Positions 1 to 13,300 of a stretch of 64,000 nt of DNA are shown piece by piece. Within the stretch, counting starts at the first letter, position 1; each line of letters starts with the position of its first letter. The notes beneath the pieces are model-generated. The model saw only the letters and a program-made list of their open reading frames with translations, was not told the origin of the DNA and did no database searches. The stretch is from Camelus dromedarius (Eukaryota), in NCBI RefSeq assembly GCF_036321535.1, contig NC_087459.1, forward strand, positions 7,998,001 through 8,062,000, given 5' to 3'. Both the position numbers and the translations under genes were made by a program.

Positions 1-564
1 CAGCCCAGTGGGCCATGACTGCACAGAGACCCTGGAACTGGTTACCATTGTGTGTCTGAGGCTAAAATTTAAAAACAGCAACTCAAACAAGAGGTCCAGA
101 CAGCAACGTCCCCCAGCTCTCCCTGGGCCCACCTACCTGCTCATCCACAACTGAGCTTTCCTGTCCCTCCAGCTGTGGTAAAGGTGACCACAGCCCACCC
201 CACCTCCCTCCGCAGGCGAGGCAGGAACAGCAGTAACCTACGCACGGCACTGCAGACACCCCACGTTAAACCCCACACATGGAAACTGGCTGGGAGCCAC
301 CAGTCTGAGGCACTCGCTGGGACTTCACCCACCCAAAAACGTCACACTGTAGGAGCATGTGCCCCCTTGAAGACATCAGGTGATACTTTATCCTGAAAAC
401 TAATAACAACATCCTGGTTGGTCCTTTCCCTGAGGCCATGATAGTTACAGACATACTAGGATGGGCAGAACCCACATGGGAACCCTATCACTGGGGGAGT
501 CAGATGTGACACAGTGAGATGCGGACCATGCCCCCTCCATATTATTTGTCTGCCTGGTTTCTTA

Positions 565-708
565 CTTTTTTTTTTTTCTTAAGGTTTAATCATTTATGGT
601 TTCATTTTTTTTTTTTTGTACTTTTTCTTTTAATAGAGGTACTGAGGATGGAACCCAGGATCTCATGCATGCTAAGCATGTGCTCTACCACTGAGCTATA
701 CCCAACCC
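565..708 (-). mobile_element. Vic-1-type tRNA-Ala-derived camelid SINE
   Basis: Reverse complement of the A-box/B-box head (gtatagctcagtggtagagcacatgcttagcatgcatgagatcctgggttc) plus an A-rich tail. Confidence 0.85.
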
Positions 709-719
709 GCCTCTTTCTT

Positions 720-2110
720 TTTTATTGTGGTAAAATACACATAACATAACATATACCATTTTAACCATTTTTAAGCACACAGTCCAACAGCATTAAGCAC
801 ATCCGCACTGTTGTCTCCAGAACTTTTTCATCTTCCCAAACTGAAACTTTATCCCACTAAATGCTCACCTCCCACCCCCTCCACCAGCCCCTGGCACCCA
901 CCCTTCCATCTTGTCTCTATGAATTTGACAGCTGCAGGGACCTCCTGTAAATGGGATCATACAGGATTTGTCTTCTCTGTCTAGCTTATTTCACTGAGCA
1001 TTAATGTCTTTGCTTGGAACAAAGTGTTTGTATCACCCCCAAAATATGAATGTTCAAGTCCTAAACTTTAATGTGACCGTATCTGGAAATCAAACCATTA
1101 AGGAGGTGACCAGTGTGCTTCTAAGATAAGAAAGAGACTCCAGGGATGCACAGGCACAGAGGGAAGGACATGTGAGCAGAAAGCAAGACACCAGCCATCT
1201 GCAAGCTGAGGAGAGAGGATCTGCAGAAACCACACCTGTCTACGCTTTGATCCTGGGCTTCAAGCCTCTAAAATTGTGAGAAAATGAACTTCCAGGATTT
1301 TAGCCAGCCAGTTTGAAGCTCTGTTATGGCAGCCTGAGCTAACAGTCTTCGAGGTTGATGCATGTGTCAGGAGTTCCTTCCTTTATTGTGGCTGAATAAT
1401 ATTCCACTGGCTGGACAGACCACATGATGCTTCTGCCAATGGGCATGTGGGCTGTGCCCACCTTCTGGCTTTGTGAATAATGCAGCTGTGAACATGGGAG
1501 TATGACTACCTCTTTGAGATGCTTGCGATTTGCTTGAGTACATACCCAGAAGTGAAAGGTCTGAATTGTAAGGTGATTCTATTTTTAACTTTTCAAGGAC
1601 CTGCCGTAGTGTTCTCCACAGCAGCTGCACCACTTTACATTCCCACTAGCAGCGCACAACAGCTTCCATTTCTCTGCATTCCTGCCAGCTCCTGTTATTC
1701 TCTTTCTCCTTGTTTACTTTTGAATAGTACCCATCCCCTAAAGGGTGTGAAATGGTACCTCCTAGTGGTTTTGGTTTACCTTTCCCCCCCTGTGATACTG
1801 GGCATCTTTTCCTATGTTTATGCGCTGTTTGTGCATCTTCTTTGGAAAAATGTCTACTCAGTTCCTTTGCCCATTTTTTAATCGGGTGGCTTGTTCTGCT
1901 GATGTTGAGTTGTAGGACTTCTAGGTTCTGAATATCAACCCCTTATCAGAGACATAATTTGCAGAGATTGTCTCCCAACCTGTGAGCTGCCTTTTATTCT
2001 GTTGACAGTGTCCTCTGATGCACAGATTTTCAATTTCGATGAGGCCCAGTTTATCTATTTTCTCTTTCATTGCCTGTGCTTTTGGTGTCACATGCAAGAA
2101 AATCGTCAGT
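720..2110 (-). mobile_element. Old L1 3' fragments interrupted by a MaLR (MLT1-like) LTR at about 1007-1345
   Basis: Typical L1M 3'-UTR phrases (ttttggtgtc, ttgagttgtagga, gaataatattccact) and MLT1 phrases (aatgtgaccgtatctggaaat, ctgttatggcagcc). Boundaries approximate. Confidence 0.6.
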
Positions 2111-3744
2111 CCCAAGGTCAGGAGGCTTTCCCATCTGCCTGTTTTTGAGTAACAGGCTGGAGAAAAACTCCTTCCGACATGGAGAGACACACTCATGTGC
2201 TGGGTGGCTGTGGGGTGACCAGGGTGGCAGCTCTGAAAGCCTGAGTGTCTGCTGAGACACGAGTCCCCGAGATGTACTACTCTTGTGAGAGCAAGCACCC
2301 CAGGCCTGACACCATGGGCTGCCTCTCAGGGTGGGACAAAGTGAGTCTTGGAAGACTGGGGTCTGGGCACCGTGGACAGTGTCTGTGGTCTTGGAGCCTG
2401 GACTCTGCAGTAACAGTGGGGCCACAGCAGGGAAGCTGCTTTCCTCGGTATGTTCTAGCCGGGGCCACCAGGTGAGCAGGTGGCTTCAGAGGAAAGGGCT
2501 GCCCAAGAGGGAAGATGGAAACTGGGGAGTGGGCTGGAGGTAACCAGGGAACTTGATTGCCTCTATTTATCAAAGAAAACTCCACACACCCTGTGCTCTC
2601 CACTCTGACGCAATGGCCGAAGACCCAGGAACAACAGCTGCTGGCCAGGGACACAAGGACACCAGGAACACAGGGACTGCAGCCGACGTGGAGGCAGACA
2701 AGGGGCCAGCACTCTCCTCTGGCCAGAGCGGATGGCGCATGTGGACTGCAGCCGATGTGGAGGCAGACAAGCAGCTGCTGAGCACCATCTGCCCATAAAA
2801 GCCACTAGGCTGGCCTCAAAGCCACGGTGTCCCCTGGGCATCCCAGCCAGCCCTTCAAATGGACAGGGATCCTCAGAGGTTCCAGGGGAAATGTGGACAC
2901 CTGCTGACCTGGCTGAGGGGAATTCTGAGCTGGTTTGCAACCCTGCTCCCTGGGTGCTCACTGCCCCCAGAGCCAGGCTTTGGAATGAGATTGGGGGTGG
3001 CAGGGAGGGCGTCTCTGGGCGCAGGGAGAGCTGGCCTGTGGGTGAACTTGGCCAGTCAGCTCACAGCACCTGTTGGCTACATTCCCGTTAACATTTCACA
3101 TTTCAGATTCTTAACGAACAACTTCTTGATTTCAATCTCTTTAAAAAAAAATGTAACTGGGTTGCATTTCTACTTTCAGTTATCCTGCTGGTTTCAAAAA
3201 TGCGCTTTAGAAGCTCCTAATAGAAAAGAAAATGCCTCAATACCTTGCTCTGAAAAATTGCCAGGGAAGTGCCCTCAGGGCAGCAAGAAAACCAGAAGAA
3301 AGGGAGCTGTGAGGCACTGCCCACTTGGGAATTTAAGATGAAGCTCAGAGCAGACACAAGTCACAAGCGCCAGTGGGGTGAGCACTCTGCCTGCCCCGGC
3401 ATCTAAAGCTCTGCCTTTTCACAGTGTTGGGAAAACAAGCATCCTTGTGTCCTTAGGGCGGCGGTGATCAGGAAAAAAAAAAAAAAAAAACTGTTTCTCA
3501 AAACAACTCAGTTTAACAAGCACAAGGAAGCTGGGTGGAGTGGAACAGAGAGAATGGGCCCGACTAGGGGCTGCCTCAGGTGAGGGGCATGGCTGGAAGC
3601 CCTGCACGCAGCCTCACTGTGGAGGCGAGAGAACACACTGATCACTAGTTCCTCAGGTATGAAACTGTCTCCAGGTGGTGACCCAGTTTTGGCTCCAGGA
3701 GGGGCCAAGCCAGGCTCACCTGGGACGCTGCCGTGGGCTCAGCT

Positions 3745-4095
3745 GAGTCCCCAGAACTCAGGTGTTGGGGTAAGGACCCCCAGCACCTCTAAATGGGACC
3801 TCACTTGGAGTCAGGGTCTTTACCCAGGGAATTAAGATGAGGTCGTAAAGGGCGGCTCCTAATCAATATGACTGATGTCCTTAGAGAAAGGGGACCTTGG
3901 GAGACAAATACGGACACAGGAGGAAGAGGACGGGGAGAGATGGGGAGGAGACAGTGCCCACAGGCTGAGGACAGAGGCCCCCAGAAGGAGCAAACCCCAC
4001 TGACACCCTGAGCTCGGCCTTCTGGCTCCAGACTGAATCAACAGCTATAGTTCAAGCCTCGATCTGTGGGGTTTTGTCACGGCCGCCTTGGGGCA
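3745..4095 (+). mobile_element. MaLR (MLT1-like) solo LTR
   Basis: ttaagatgaggtc...cctaatcaatatgactgatgtcctt...ggttttgtcacggccgcc. Approximate. Confidence 0.6.
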
Positions 4096-4387
4096 CTCAC
4101 AGACAGGCAGGCCACCAAGGGCACCTCTCACTGCCCCCCAGAGAAAAGTTTAAGAGGTTTTGGTTTTGTTGTTTCCAAGGTATAACACATTTTTTTTTAA
4201 CATTAAAACAAAGAACACATGGGGCCGATGACTTTAAGAATATAAGAATGTGGTCATTTTACAAAGGGATATTAGCCAGATCAGTGTGTGAGCAAGGGAG
4301 GGCTGTAATCAGCTGCGTGTGGAATGTCCCAACACAGGCAACACACCCAGGCCCAAAGATAACTCGAAATCTCGCCCCAAGTGGTAC

Positions 4388-7300
4388 CTGCTTACTGTCC
4401 TGCTCACTGGCTTTCTGGCTGCCTTCAGCCGGTGAATCCCTCCGCTTTGCCTGCAACAGAAAAAGCACTGGCTGTTAGAAGAAAAGAGCAGCTGACGGAG
4501 ATATACCCGGAGGCCTAAGCTTTGCTCAGAATGCAGAAAACGCCGACTGAAATCTCACGAAACAGAAGAGGTTTTCCAGTCTTCTGCCTCTGTGTCCATC
4601 CTCCTGGATTCTGTTTCTTATACCTGACATGGAGCTCTGACCTCCTGGATGGTCTGTGTGAAGGCAGGCCAGAGCTCCCTCAACTCACAGCGTCGACAAA
4701 CCCCAAACAAAGGAGGCAGGGCTGAGCCTCCAGAGCCGGGTCGTCTTGGACAGTCCGACACCTGAGGAAAAGCAGGATTTCTTGGAAGGCAATTCATACC
4801 CTTCCCCTTTCTGCCTGGAGATAGGCTAAGAATTTCCCTTTGTAAAGGCGCTCCCCTCTCCTCCCCTCCCCTCCCAAGCGGAAGGGAACAGCTTAACCAC
4901 CAGAGAACTCTAACCACCTGGGTCAGACCCCAGGAAATGGAGCCTGTACAACAAACTCACTGGAATAACCCTCATTTTCCACTGTCTTCCCCCATAGCTT
5001 TCCCTTCCCACAATTTAGCTTCCTGTCAGCAGAAACCCCTTTGGTCTTATCTCTACAATTTATCTTTGTTTAAAGGGTAGATAAAGCGGGGAGGGTATAG
5101 CTCAGTGGTAGAGCGTGTGCTTAGCACACACAAGGTAAACAAACAAACTTTCAAAAAAAGGTACTATATTATATTTTTTTAAAAAGGTAGATAAGCCCCC
5201 AGGTCTTGCCTCCCTGTGGGTAAGTAACAAACCTTTTCTTCTGTTTAATCTGTTTTTTGTCAGTTTAATTTGCAGGACCCCAGGCACTGAACCTAAAATG
5301 GTAGAGGGAGCAGTTTTTTTCCTCTCCTGCTCTTATAAAAACCCTGATCTTCTAGGAAAAGTGTGCATGATGATGGCTTTGCCCTCAGAGCTCAGGGCCT
5401 GTACTCTCTCAGGTCAAACATAAGCATAAAAGGTGCTGACCAAAACATCCTTCACATCTGAGGAATATCCTGATTTTTGTGCCTAATCTTATGGTAAGTG
5501 AATTTATGGTGGTGGCTCAGGTCATCCTGGCCTGCCTGCCTTCCTTGTTTGGTTTCTGGATTTGCAGAAGGAACCAGAAGGCTCACAGAGGGCAGAGAAG
5601 AGGCGGTGTCCACACAGGCCCTGACCAGGGCCCCTTCCTGCTGGGTTCGACCCTGAGGCCAGCCTGGTATATCTAGTTTCCTTGTATTTCTCTTGCCCAG
5701 AAGTGACCCCTCCTGTCCCCCCAGATTTGGGTGAGTCTCCAAAGGCACTGACCAGAGACCCGAGTTCTAAGAAACCAGGTCATCCTGAAATAGCTCTGCT
5801 CACCTTTGTGTCACAGTCCCAACCCGAGCAGGCCCCAGAGCTCCTTCGTGGGGCTTGTTCCCATCCAGGCCCTCCTGCCGCTGCCCTGCACCTTCACCTG
5901 CCAGGGCAGAGGCGGGCAGAGCTCATGCCATGTTGTCACCAACTCCCATCACACAGGGGCTTTCACAAGTAGGTGCCCGAGCAGGCACCTAACCATGCGC
6001 GAACATTCCAGAATGGGGCAGAAGGGCGGGCTGTGAGGGCAGCTTGCCCCAGACAGGGCATCTGGAGCTTTTTCACTTAAGTTCAGTTCTGCTATCAAAG
6101 GTGACTGAGATTCAGAAAAACAGGGAAAAGAAGCCACCCTCCAATTCCTTGCCCCAACTTTAAACGAAAACGGTTCATTTGGGACAGCGACATCCACACT
6201 GAGGAGGGCGAGCTCCATATATCCCAATCTACATATTCCCTCAGGGTCACCACCGAGCCAAATGCCCCTGAACCCATGCCCAGAGGTGGCCCAAGCCAGC
6301 CCCACCGCTTTGGACCTACATGTTTCATGGACTCGTGAAACCCATTCGAGCATCTGCTGAAAACGTCAGGAAAAGGATTAGCCAGTCCCATGTCAGGTCC
6401 CCAGGAGAAGTCTGCACATTTCACACTGTAGCACTTTGCTCGGATCTTTTTAATGGACATGTCTTAGAGGATTTCAACTTCTTTCTCAATTTCACATCCT
6501 GGCCTCAGGCCCCTCCAGGTCTATCTCACAGCAGGACGACCAGAGGTGGTGGCTGCATGGGACAGTGAATGCACAAGACACTGCTGTTCACCCTAAAATG
6601 GCTCAACTGACACCCACAAGTGTAACTGAGGATCCATGAGCTAGGCGAGTCTGGGGGCAGCCCCACCTACAGCAGCAGTGGGCGGCGACCCCACGAGCCA
6701 GACCCAGGGGAGGAGCACAGGCACTTCCCAGGACAGCAGCCCAGCTCCCCACTTCACTGAAGGAATCAGCACCTCTGCAGCCAGACACGGGAGGCAGAAG
6801 GGCCGACTGGCTGCGTGGTCCCAGCAGATGAAAAGGAAAAACCCCCGTGACACCCCCTACCCAGAGTCAGCGCAGACCCCACAGGCCAAGGGCTCACTCC
6901 CGAGAGATGCCCGTGCTTCTGACATCCATCGCCGGCCCCGAGCCAGCTGTACGTACATCGGTGTTCCCAAGAGCCCTTCCTCTGGTTCTATCATTTTCTA
7001 GAATAGCTCGTAGAACTCAGTGAAACACTTCATAATGTTCACCAGGTTACTAGGTCATAGAGGATGTGCTAAAGGACGCAGATGGACAGCCAGCACTTCA
7101 AGAAAGGTCCAGGAGGATCCCGAGTGCAGGTACTTCTGTTCCCGCAGAGCCGGGACGTGCCCTCTCCACGTGAATGTCATCACCAACCTGGATGCTCTCC
7201 AAACCCTGTACTTTAGAGACGTACATAAGCTCATCGCATGGGCATGATTGATTATGAACTCAATCTCCAGCCCTACCCTACCCCTAGAGGATGGGGGTGG

Positions 7301-10300
7301 GGCTGAAAGTTCTAGGCTTCTAATCATGCCTGGTCTTTCCTGTGACCAGCCCCAACCCAGGAGCCCACTAAGAGTCATCTCATTGGAACAAAAGAATTAT
7401 GATGGTCTCGGAGTCCTGGGTCAAGAGCTGGAGGGCAGAGACCAATATACATATGTTCTATTATTTCACAGTGTGTTTCCGTTGAGAGATGCCAGCAGGC
7501 CACACGGAGGGCCGATTCTGGGTATGGGGTGGGGGAGAGTGTCAGCAGACACGGCCCCAAAGCCAAGAGTGAGCAGTGGGGACGTTGCTTCCCTCTCCCT
7601 GGTCTCAACGAGGAATTCAGACCCAAGACAGACCCCTCAAACCCAGGACCACAGCTACAGGAGATGAGACCCCAGGCATTTCCCCTCCAGGAGAACAACA
7701 TGCAGCTGGTTGGTACATGTGGCCGGACCAAGCCAAGAGCTTTGGGGTCCCGATGCCCACCTGGACTCTACACTGAAGAGGAAGGGATGGGAACCCTTAC
7801 CATGCATAAGCCAGGATTTGGGACTTGTCATCGATCCCCACATGGAGATACTTGGGACTGGGAAGGAGGACCGGCCAGTAGAGAATGAGAAGCTCCCCTC
7901 CCATGATGCCCACTGGGTGGGATCTCCCCGTGCAGACCCGGCAGGGCTGATGACACTCCTGCTACCTGCCGTCACCCTGCCGCCCCGGGGCTGTCGCAAC
8001 AGGAGCCCCAAAGGAGATGAAACCAGGGCTGCCGCTCAGCCCATGTCACCCCACACCCATCCAGAGCCAAATGCTGCCAAGCAGGCAGATGCCACTAAGG
8101 CCATCTGCACCAGGCCTGGAAGTCAGAGCTGACCCTAGACAGATGCTTCATTTCTTTCTTTTTTTTTTTTTGGTGGGGGGGGGAGGGAGGTAATTAGGTT
8201 TATTTATTTACTTTTTTAAGAGGAGGTACTGGGAACTGAACAACCCAGGACCTCGTGCATGCTAAGCACACACTCTACCACTTTGAGATATACCCTCCCC
8301 CTTGCTTCATTTCTTATCTTAGTTTTATTTCAAAAATTTGAGTTGCAATTCACACAACGTAAGTGTAGCTTTTTAAAAGTGCAGAATTCCGTGGCATTTA
8401 GCATGTTTACAACGTTGTGTGACCATCACCTACATCTAGTTCCACAATGTTTCAAACTGCAAAGGAACCTTCCCCTCTGAGCTCTCACTGCCAAGGCTGA
8501 AACCCTCTATGCATGCGAGCATGTTAATTTTTTAAGTTGCAAAGTAATTAGAAGACAAAAGATGCCCCACTAGCATACATAAAAAGTCACTCCACCTGCA
8601 GGGGTGGGGGTACCATTCCGGCACACCCCCAGCAGCCTGAGCAACAGGCCGGCAGGACGCAGGGTTGAGCCGATCCCCACTGTTCCCCCCACCCGCACAG
8701 GCACGAGGGTCCTACTCGCCAGTCCCCCTAGTCTCCTCAACCCACCCCCCCCCCCGAATCTCACTGAGACCTGCCAGCCTGGCCTGGGCTGCCCTGCAGG
8801 GGTCCCACTGGACTCAGGCCTCCCTTCACGCTCAGCCTGAGACTGCACCTCACACACAGCACACATGTGCGCGTCTGACAAAAGGCAGGGCCGGGATTCA
8901 GTCAGGGCTCTTTTAAACTCTTCTATGAGGAGCCACCAACCCCACAGGCAGACGGCCACCAACCCCATCACCCAAAGATCACACCCATCCATGCCCCTTA
9001 ACAGTTGGATTCAGATCAAACAGCAGAGCAGGCACCCTCCCCAGGACACCATCCACTTACGTGTCCGAGCTGCCCGCTGGGGGCCGCGGAGCTGCTGGCG
9101 GAGGTGAGGTCTCGGCAGCCCCAGTCACTTGCGGTTCCAAGGCTCTCTGCCGAGAAAGGGGGCGGCAGGCTTTGACTAGCTGCTGGCCGGTAGCAGAACT
9201 ACATGCATGGAGTGTTTGGTTAAAGGAAACCCCACAAATTAGGGAGAGTGAATATGCACCAGTCTCTGACAGGATGGCTGTAGCCGCTGGTGAGAGTCAC
9301 GAATGACTCGAACAGCAGAAAACAATGTAAAATTCTAACAGAAATAGCCACCCTCCCCGTTAAAATTTAAAAAAAAAAAAAAGAAAGTAAATTCGGAGTT
9401 TGCAACTTTGCTCACAAGAGCTGGCACCAAAATTCAAAAGCTGTAGGGGGAAGTGCTGGGGAGCATCAAGGAGGGGTCAGGCCTGTGCATTTCCTGTTGC
9501 TGAGGCTCATTTCTGCCTTTGGGGACTTTTCATGGGCCCATCTGGCCACCAAAATGACCACACGCCAGAACCTGGCCAAGGCACTCAGGACCCCAGAACA
9601 CCTCGGAGGCAGGGCCACCCTGGGCTCTGTCTAACCCACTGCGCTGACCCTCCCAGTGTCACCCAGAGGTGGAGCTCCACCTGCCACAGAGGCACTTACT
9701 TTCCACATGTGCAAAGGCACAGAAAGGGCCCCGAGGGCAGTACCCGGTCTGACGCATGTCGTTGCACTTGGTTGATTTGTAGATCTAGGCAATAAAATAA
9801 AACAGCAAACAGAGAGGCTGGATCAGAACATGTTTCCCCAGGGGGCCCAGAGCTGGTTGCGTCACCATGTAGAGAACTAAGCCCCAAATCACAACGGGGT
9901 CTCCTGAAAAAGAGCACTGTGGACATGGCTCCCTGCCCGCCACCCTGGGATTCCCTGGTTGGCAAGGTGCTGTCTGCCTGAGGGACAGTGAGGGCCCGAG
10001 GCCGCTCCTGCAGCACCTGCCCTTGAAAACACACACCAAGTCAGCTTGTCCACTTGGCATTTCTTGGAAGAGGCACCTGATTCAGTGCCTGGATACAACA
10101 GGAGCTCAGGAAATGCCTTTTAAGTGACCACGTGCATTGGCTCCACAACCAGACCCCAGGCCACCTCACTGGGGTCTGGTCCCCCAGCACAGCTGACCCA
10201 GGAGGGACAATGGTCTCCACGTCCCAGCCGCCCTCGCAGGCTTCGCCCAGATCCAAAGTCAACCCTGCCACCCTCCCGCTTCCCTGCCCGAAATGCCAGT

Positions 10301-13300
10301 CATTCCTTGTGGCTCTTCAACTGTCCCTTGAACACCTGCACTGAAATCTTAAGGGTAAAAAACAAAAGCATTTTCAAAGGGTGTCCAATTCAGAACCAAA
10401 GGTATCAGGAGGCTAAGTGCTGTCTCATGTGCATTTTAGGGGGGAGGGTATAGCTCAGCGGTAGAACATGTGCTTAACAGGCACAAGTTCCTGGGCTCAT
10501 CCCCAGTGTCTCCATTAAAAATAATAATAATAAATAAACCTAATTACCTCCCCGCCAAAAAATTTTCTTTAAAGAAAGCTGAGTTTCATATGTGTTTTAA
10601 AGCACAGACTCTCCAAGCTAGGGGCCAGTTAGCTCAGCTGGTTAGAGCGTGGTGCTGATAAAGCACAGACTCTCTGAACAGAACACATTTTCAAGAAACA
10701 AAATACCACAGCCTTGAGGACAAGGTGCTGTGCCCCTCCCCGCCCCAGAGCCCAGGTGCCCCATTTGGCACAGCCAGGTGTGCTTTTACTCCAGGGTCTG
10801 CTTTCACGCACAGCTCCTTAACTCTTCTGCAGCCTGTCTTGCTGGAGCCTGAACCAACGCATGTGGGCACAGTGTGTGTGTGTGTGCGTGCGTGTGCATA
10901 ACAGACGGCAAACATCCCAGAGGTAAGGTGACATGTGAGATGGGACATCCACGCAGCCATGTCGCTGTGAACAGCACTGCAGGCCTGACCTAAGACCAGG
11001 CCCACAGCCAGGAGTACTACCGAGTCACTTTTTCCTTCTCTAGTAAGTCACGGCTGAAATACACAACATTAAAAACAAACTTGGCTAGAGTTGAAATTCA
11101 CTAGTAGCCATGGGTTTTAAGTCCCAACTCTGCACCTACACGATCCACAAAGAAAGAAGATCCCCTGTCTGGGAAACAGCAGTAGAGCCACAGAGAAAAG
11201 TGGGCAGGGAGTCCAAACCTCGGGCGCAGAGCTGGGAGGAGAGGTGCTAACTCTTTATTTAAACATTTCCGGTATCAACAAACATAAAGAATTTCCTGAG
11301 TTACAAAAACTGAATGAATGAACGAATGAGTAAACAAAACCAGAAGAGGGGAAAAACCAACTGGAGGCTGTGGCTGTAGGACCTGAAAAACAAGACTGGC
11401 CTTAAGGGAGAAGCCAGGAGGTGAGGGAGACACACCCCGAGGCCTGTCTGTGCTCAGCGCCTCCCTTCCATGGGCCCGGCCAACTCTCTTCCTCACCAGA
11501 GGGTGCCTCTCTGCCTGGTCTCTGCCAGGCACTGACCATTCCACACCCCATTCTCTCCCTGCTGTTGCCTTGAGGCCCCTCCCATTCAGCAAGAGTGGCC
11601 CCTTAGCACAAAGGGATCAGCACAGCTCCCCCCACTGCCCCTCGTGCGCACACCTGCCCGCCCCCTCCTGCTCCTGGTTTTGGTGCTCTGATGCTCTCCA
11701 CTGGCTCAGGGCTCTGAAGGGGGCTGGTGTGCTTGTTCGTTTTTTAACACAAATCCATCTGTGTGGCAAAGGGTTAATTCCACGGCTCCCCCATCTATAC
11801 CCACACACCCCAAAGGAAGGACTGGCTTTGACTGGCTCCAGGGAGGTGACCTCTGAGCCCCTGGAATGTCCTGCCCAGTCTATCTCAGTTTATTTACCCG
11901 AGGCCACAGGCCACACCGCGGATCTACAACAGGACTTACGGTGGGGCCTGGGCCACGAGGCACCAGCTGGGCCTCTGCAGGGACTGGAGTCTGAGCTTGG
12001 CCCTGTCTGCCAACCGACCCCCAGGGAAACCCTAGACGCCAAGGCTTGGGTGACCTCCTAACACTGACACCATGAGTATTGCCACCAACACTGTCATACA
12101 CGGTGGCCGGGAGAAAGAAGCGTTGTCCACACGACTCCCTGGGTGGGGACAGCTGGAAGCTGAGGACTTGGACCCACCCCTGGGCCTTGTTCCTTTGCTG
12201 ATTTGAATCTGCATCCTTTCAGTGTGATGAACCTTACTGCTGAGTTATATGAGGCCTCAGAGGCAGCCCTGGACCTGGGGCTGGCCTCAGGGCGTCACCC
12301 GCCCTGCCAATCGGGGCCGCGGGCGTTGTCATACCTCAGGGTGGAACTGCTGTTCTGTGCGCGAGTGGCAGTACTGACAGCTGTCCCCGCTCTCGCACCT
12401 GGAGGGCTCGCCCCACTCGTCGCCGTGCTTCACGCTGGGGCAGGGGGTGGACCTGCAGGGACAACCAGGAATCAGTGCAGGATGGACGTCCTCCCCGAGT
12501 GCCCTGGGGAGTCGGGCCTTCCACCTATGGCTGGGCACACCTGCACCACGAGGGGCCCAGGCAAGGGGCTCCCAGAAGCCCTGGCCCCTTCCTTAGGAGG
12601 ACAGACAGGAAAAGCAGGGTGGGTGCCCAGTGGGACCCAGGATGTACTCGGGAGCCCATTTTCATTTTCCATAAAGTGTAAAATGAATCTGAGTCAGAGC
12701 CACCCACACCGACATGAGCAGCATCTTGGAAATGCAGCCAGGCCTCCTGCAGCAGGTGGGGAGGCCAGGCCTGGCCAATCGCCCGCCAGCAAGGGGAGCA
12801 TGCTCCCCAACTTCTTCTGAGACTGTTTCAAAATTGAATGAGACTTCTGGTCTCACGATATGAAAATCCTAACCAATACTCTCTACCCTTCAGGGACTTC
12901 CTGGCAGCTTGATTGAACTGGATTTATTTTAAAAATTACCATCTGTGGGAAATAGGACTTTCATTCTTTTTACAGTTTTCTGTCCCTTCGATACACTGTA
13001 AATTCACTTTGTCTTCTCGAGATGACATCTGGTGACTAAGACTGAGGGGGTCCCTGTCCCTCAACTCAAACTACTCAGAGGAGCAGTGACTCATAAGACG
13101 CTTCCTGCCTGAAGGTCAGGGCTCTCTGGGCCTGCGAGACAGCCTCAAGTGATCAGAGAGCAGCTCTTTGCTCAGAGAACAAGCTGGACAGAGCTTAAGA
13201 CTCAAAGGAGGACCAAGGTGAGGGTCCAGGTGCCCAGGCACCCCTGGGGTCCTATGTCCCCAGCCCCACCATCTGCCAACTTGGTAAACCCAAGGGGGAG

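Noticed and set aside
1-4387. UNKL exon 10
   Set aside because: No matching minus-strand exon was found; it most likely lies beyond the window edge.
5949-6460. Overlapping 121-134 aa minus-strand ORFs in UNKL intron 8
   Set aside because: Exons 8 and 9 join in phase without them, and I recognise no homology or convincing splice pair.
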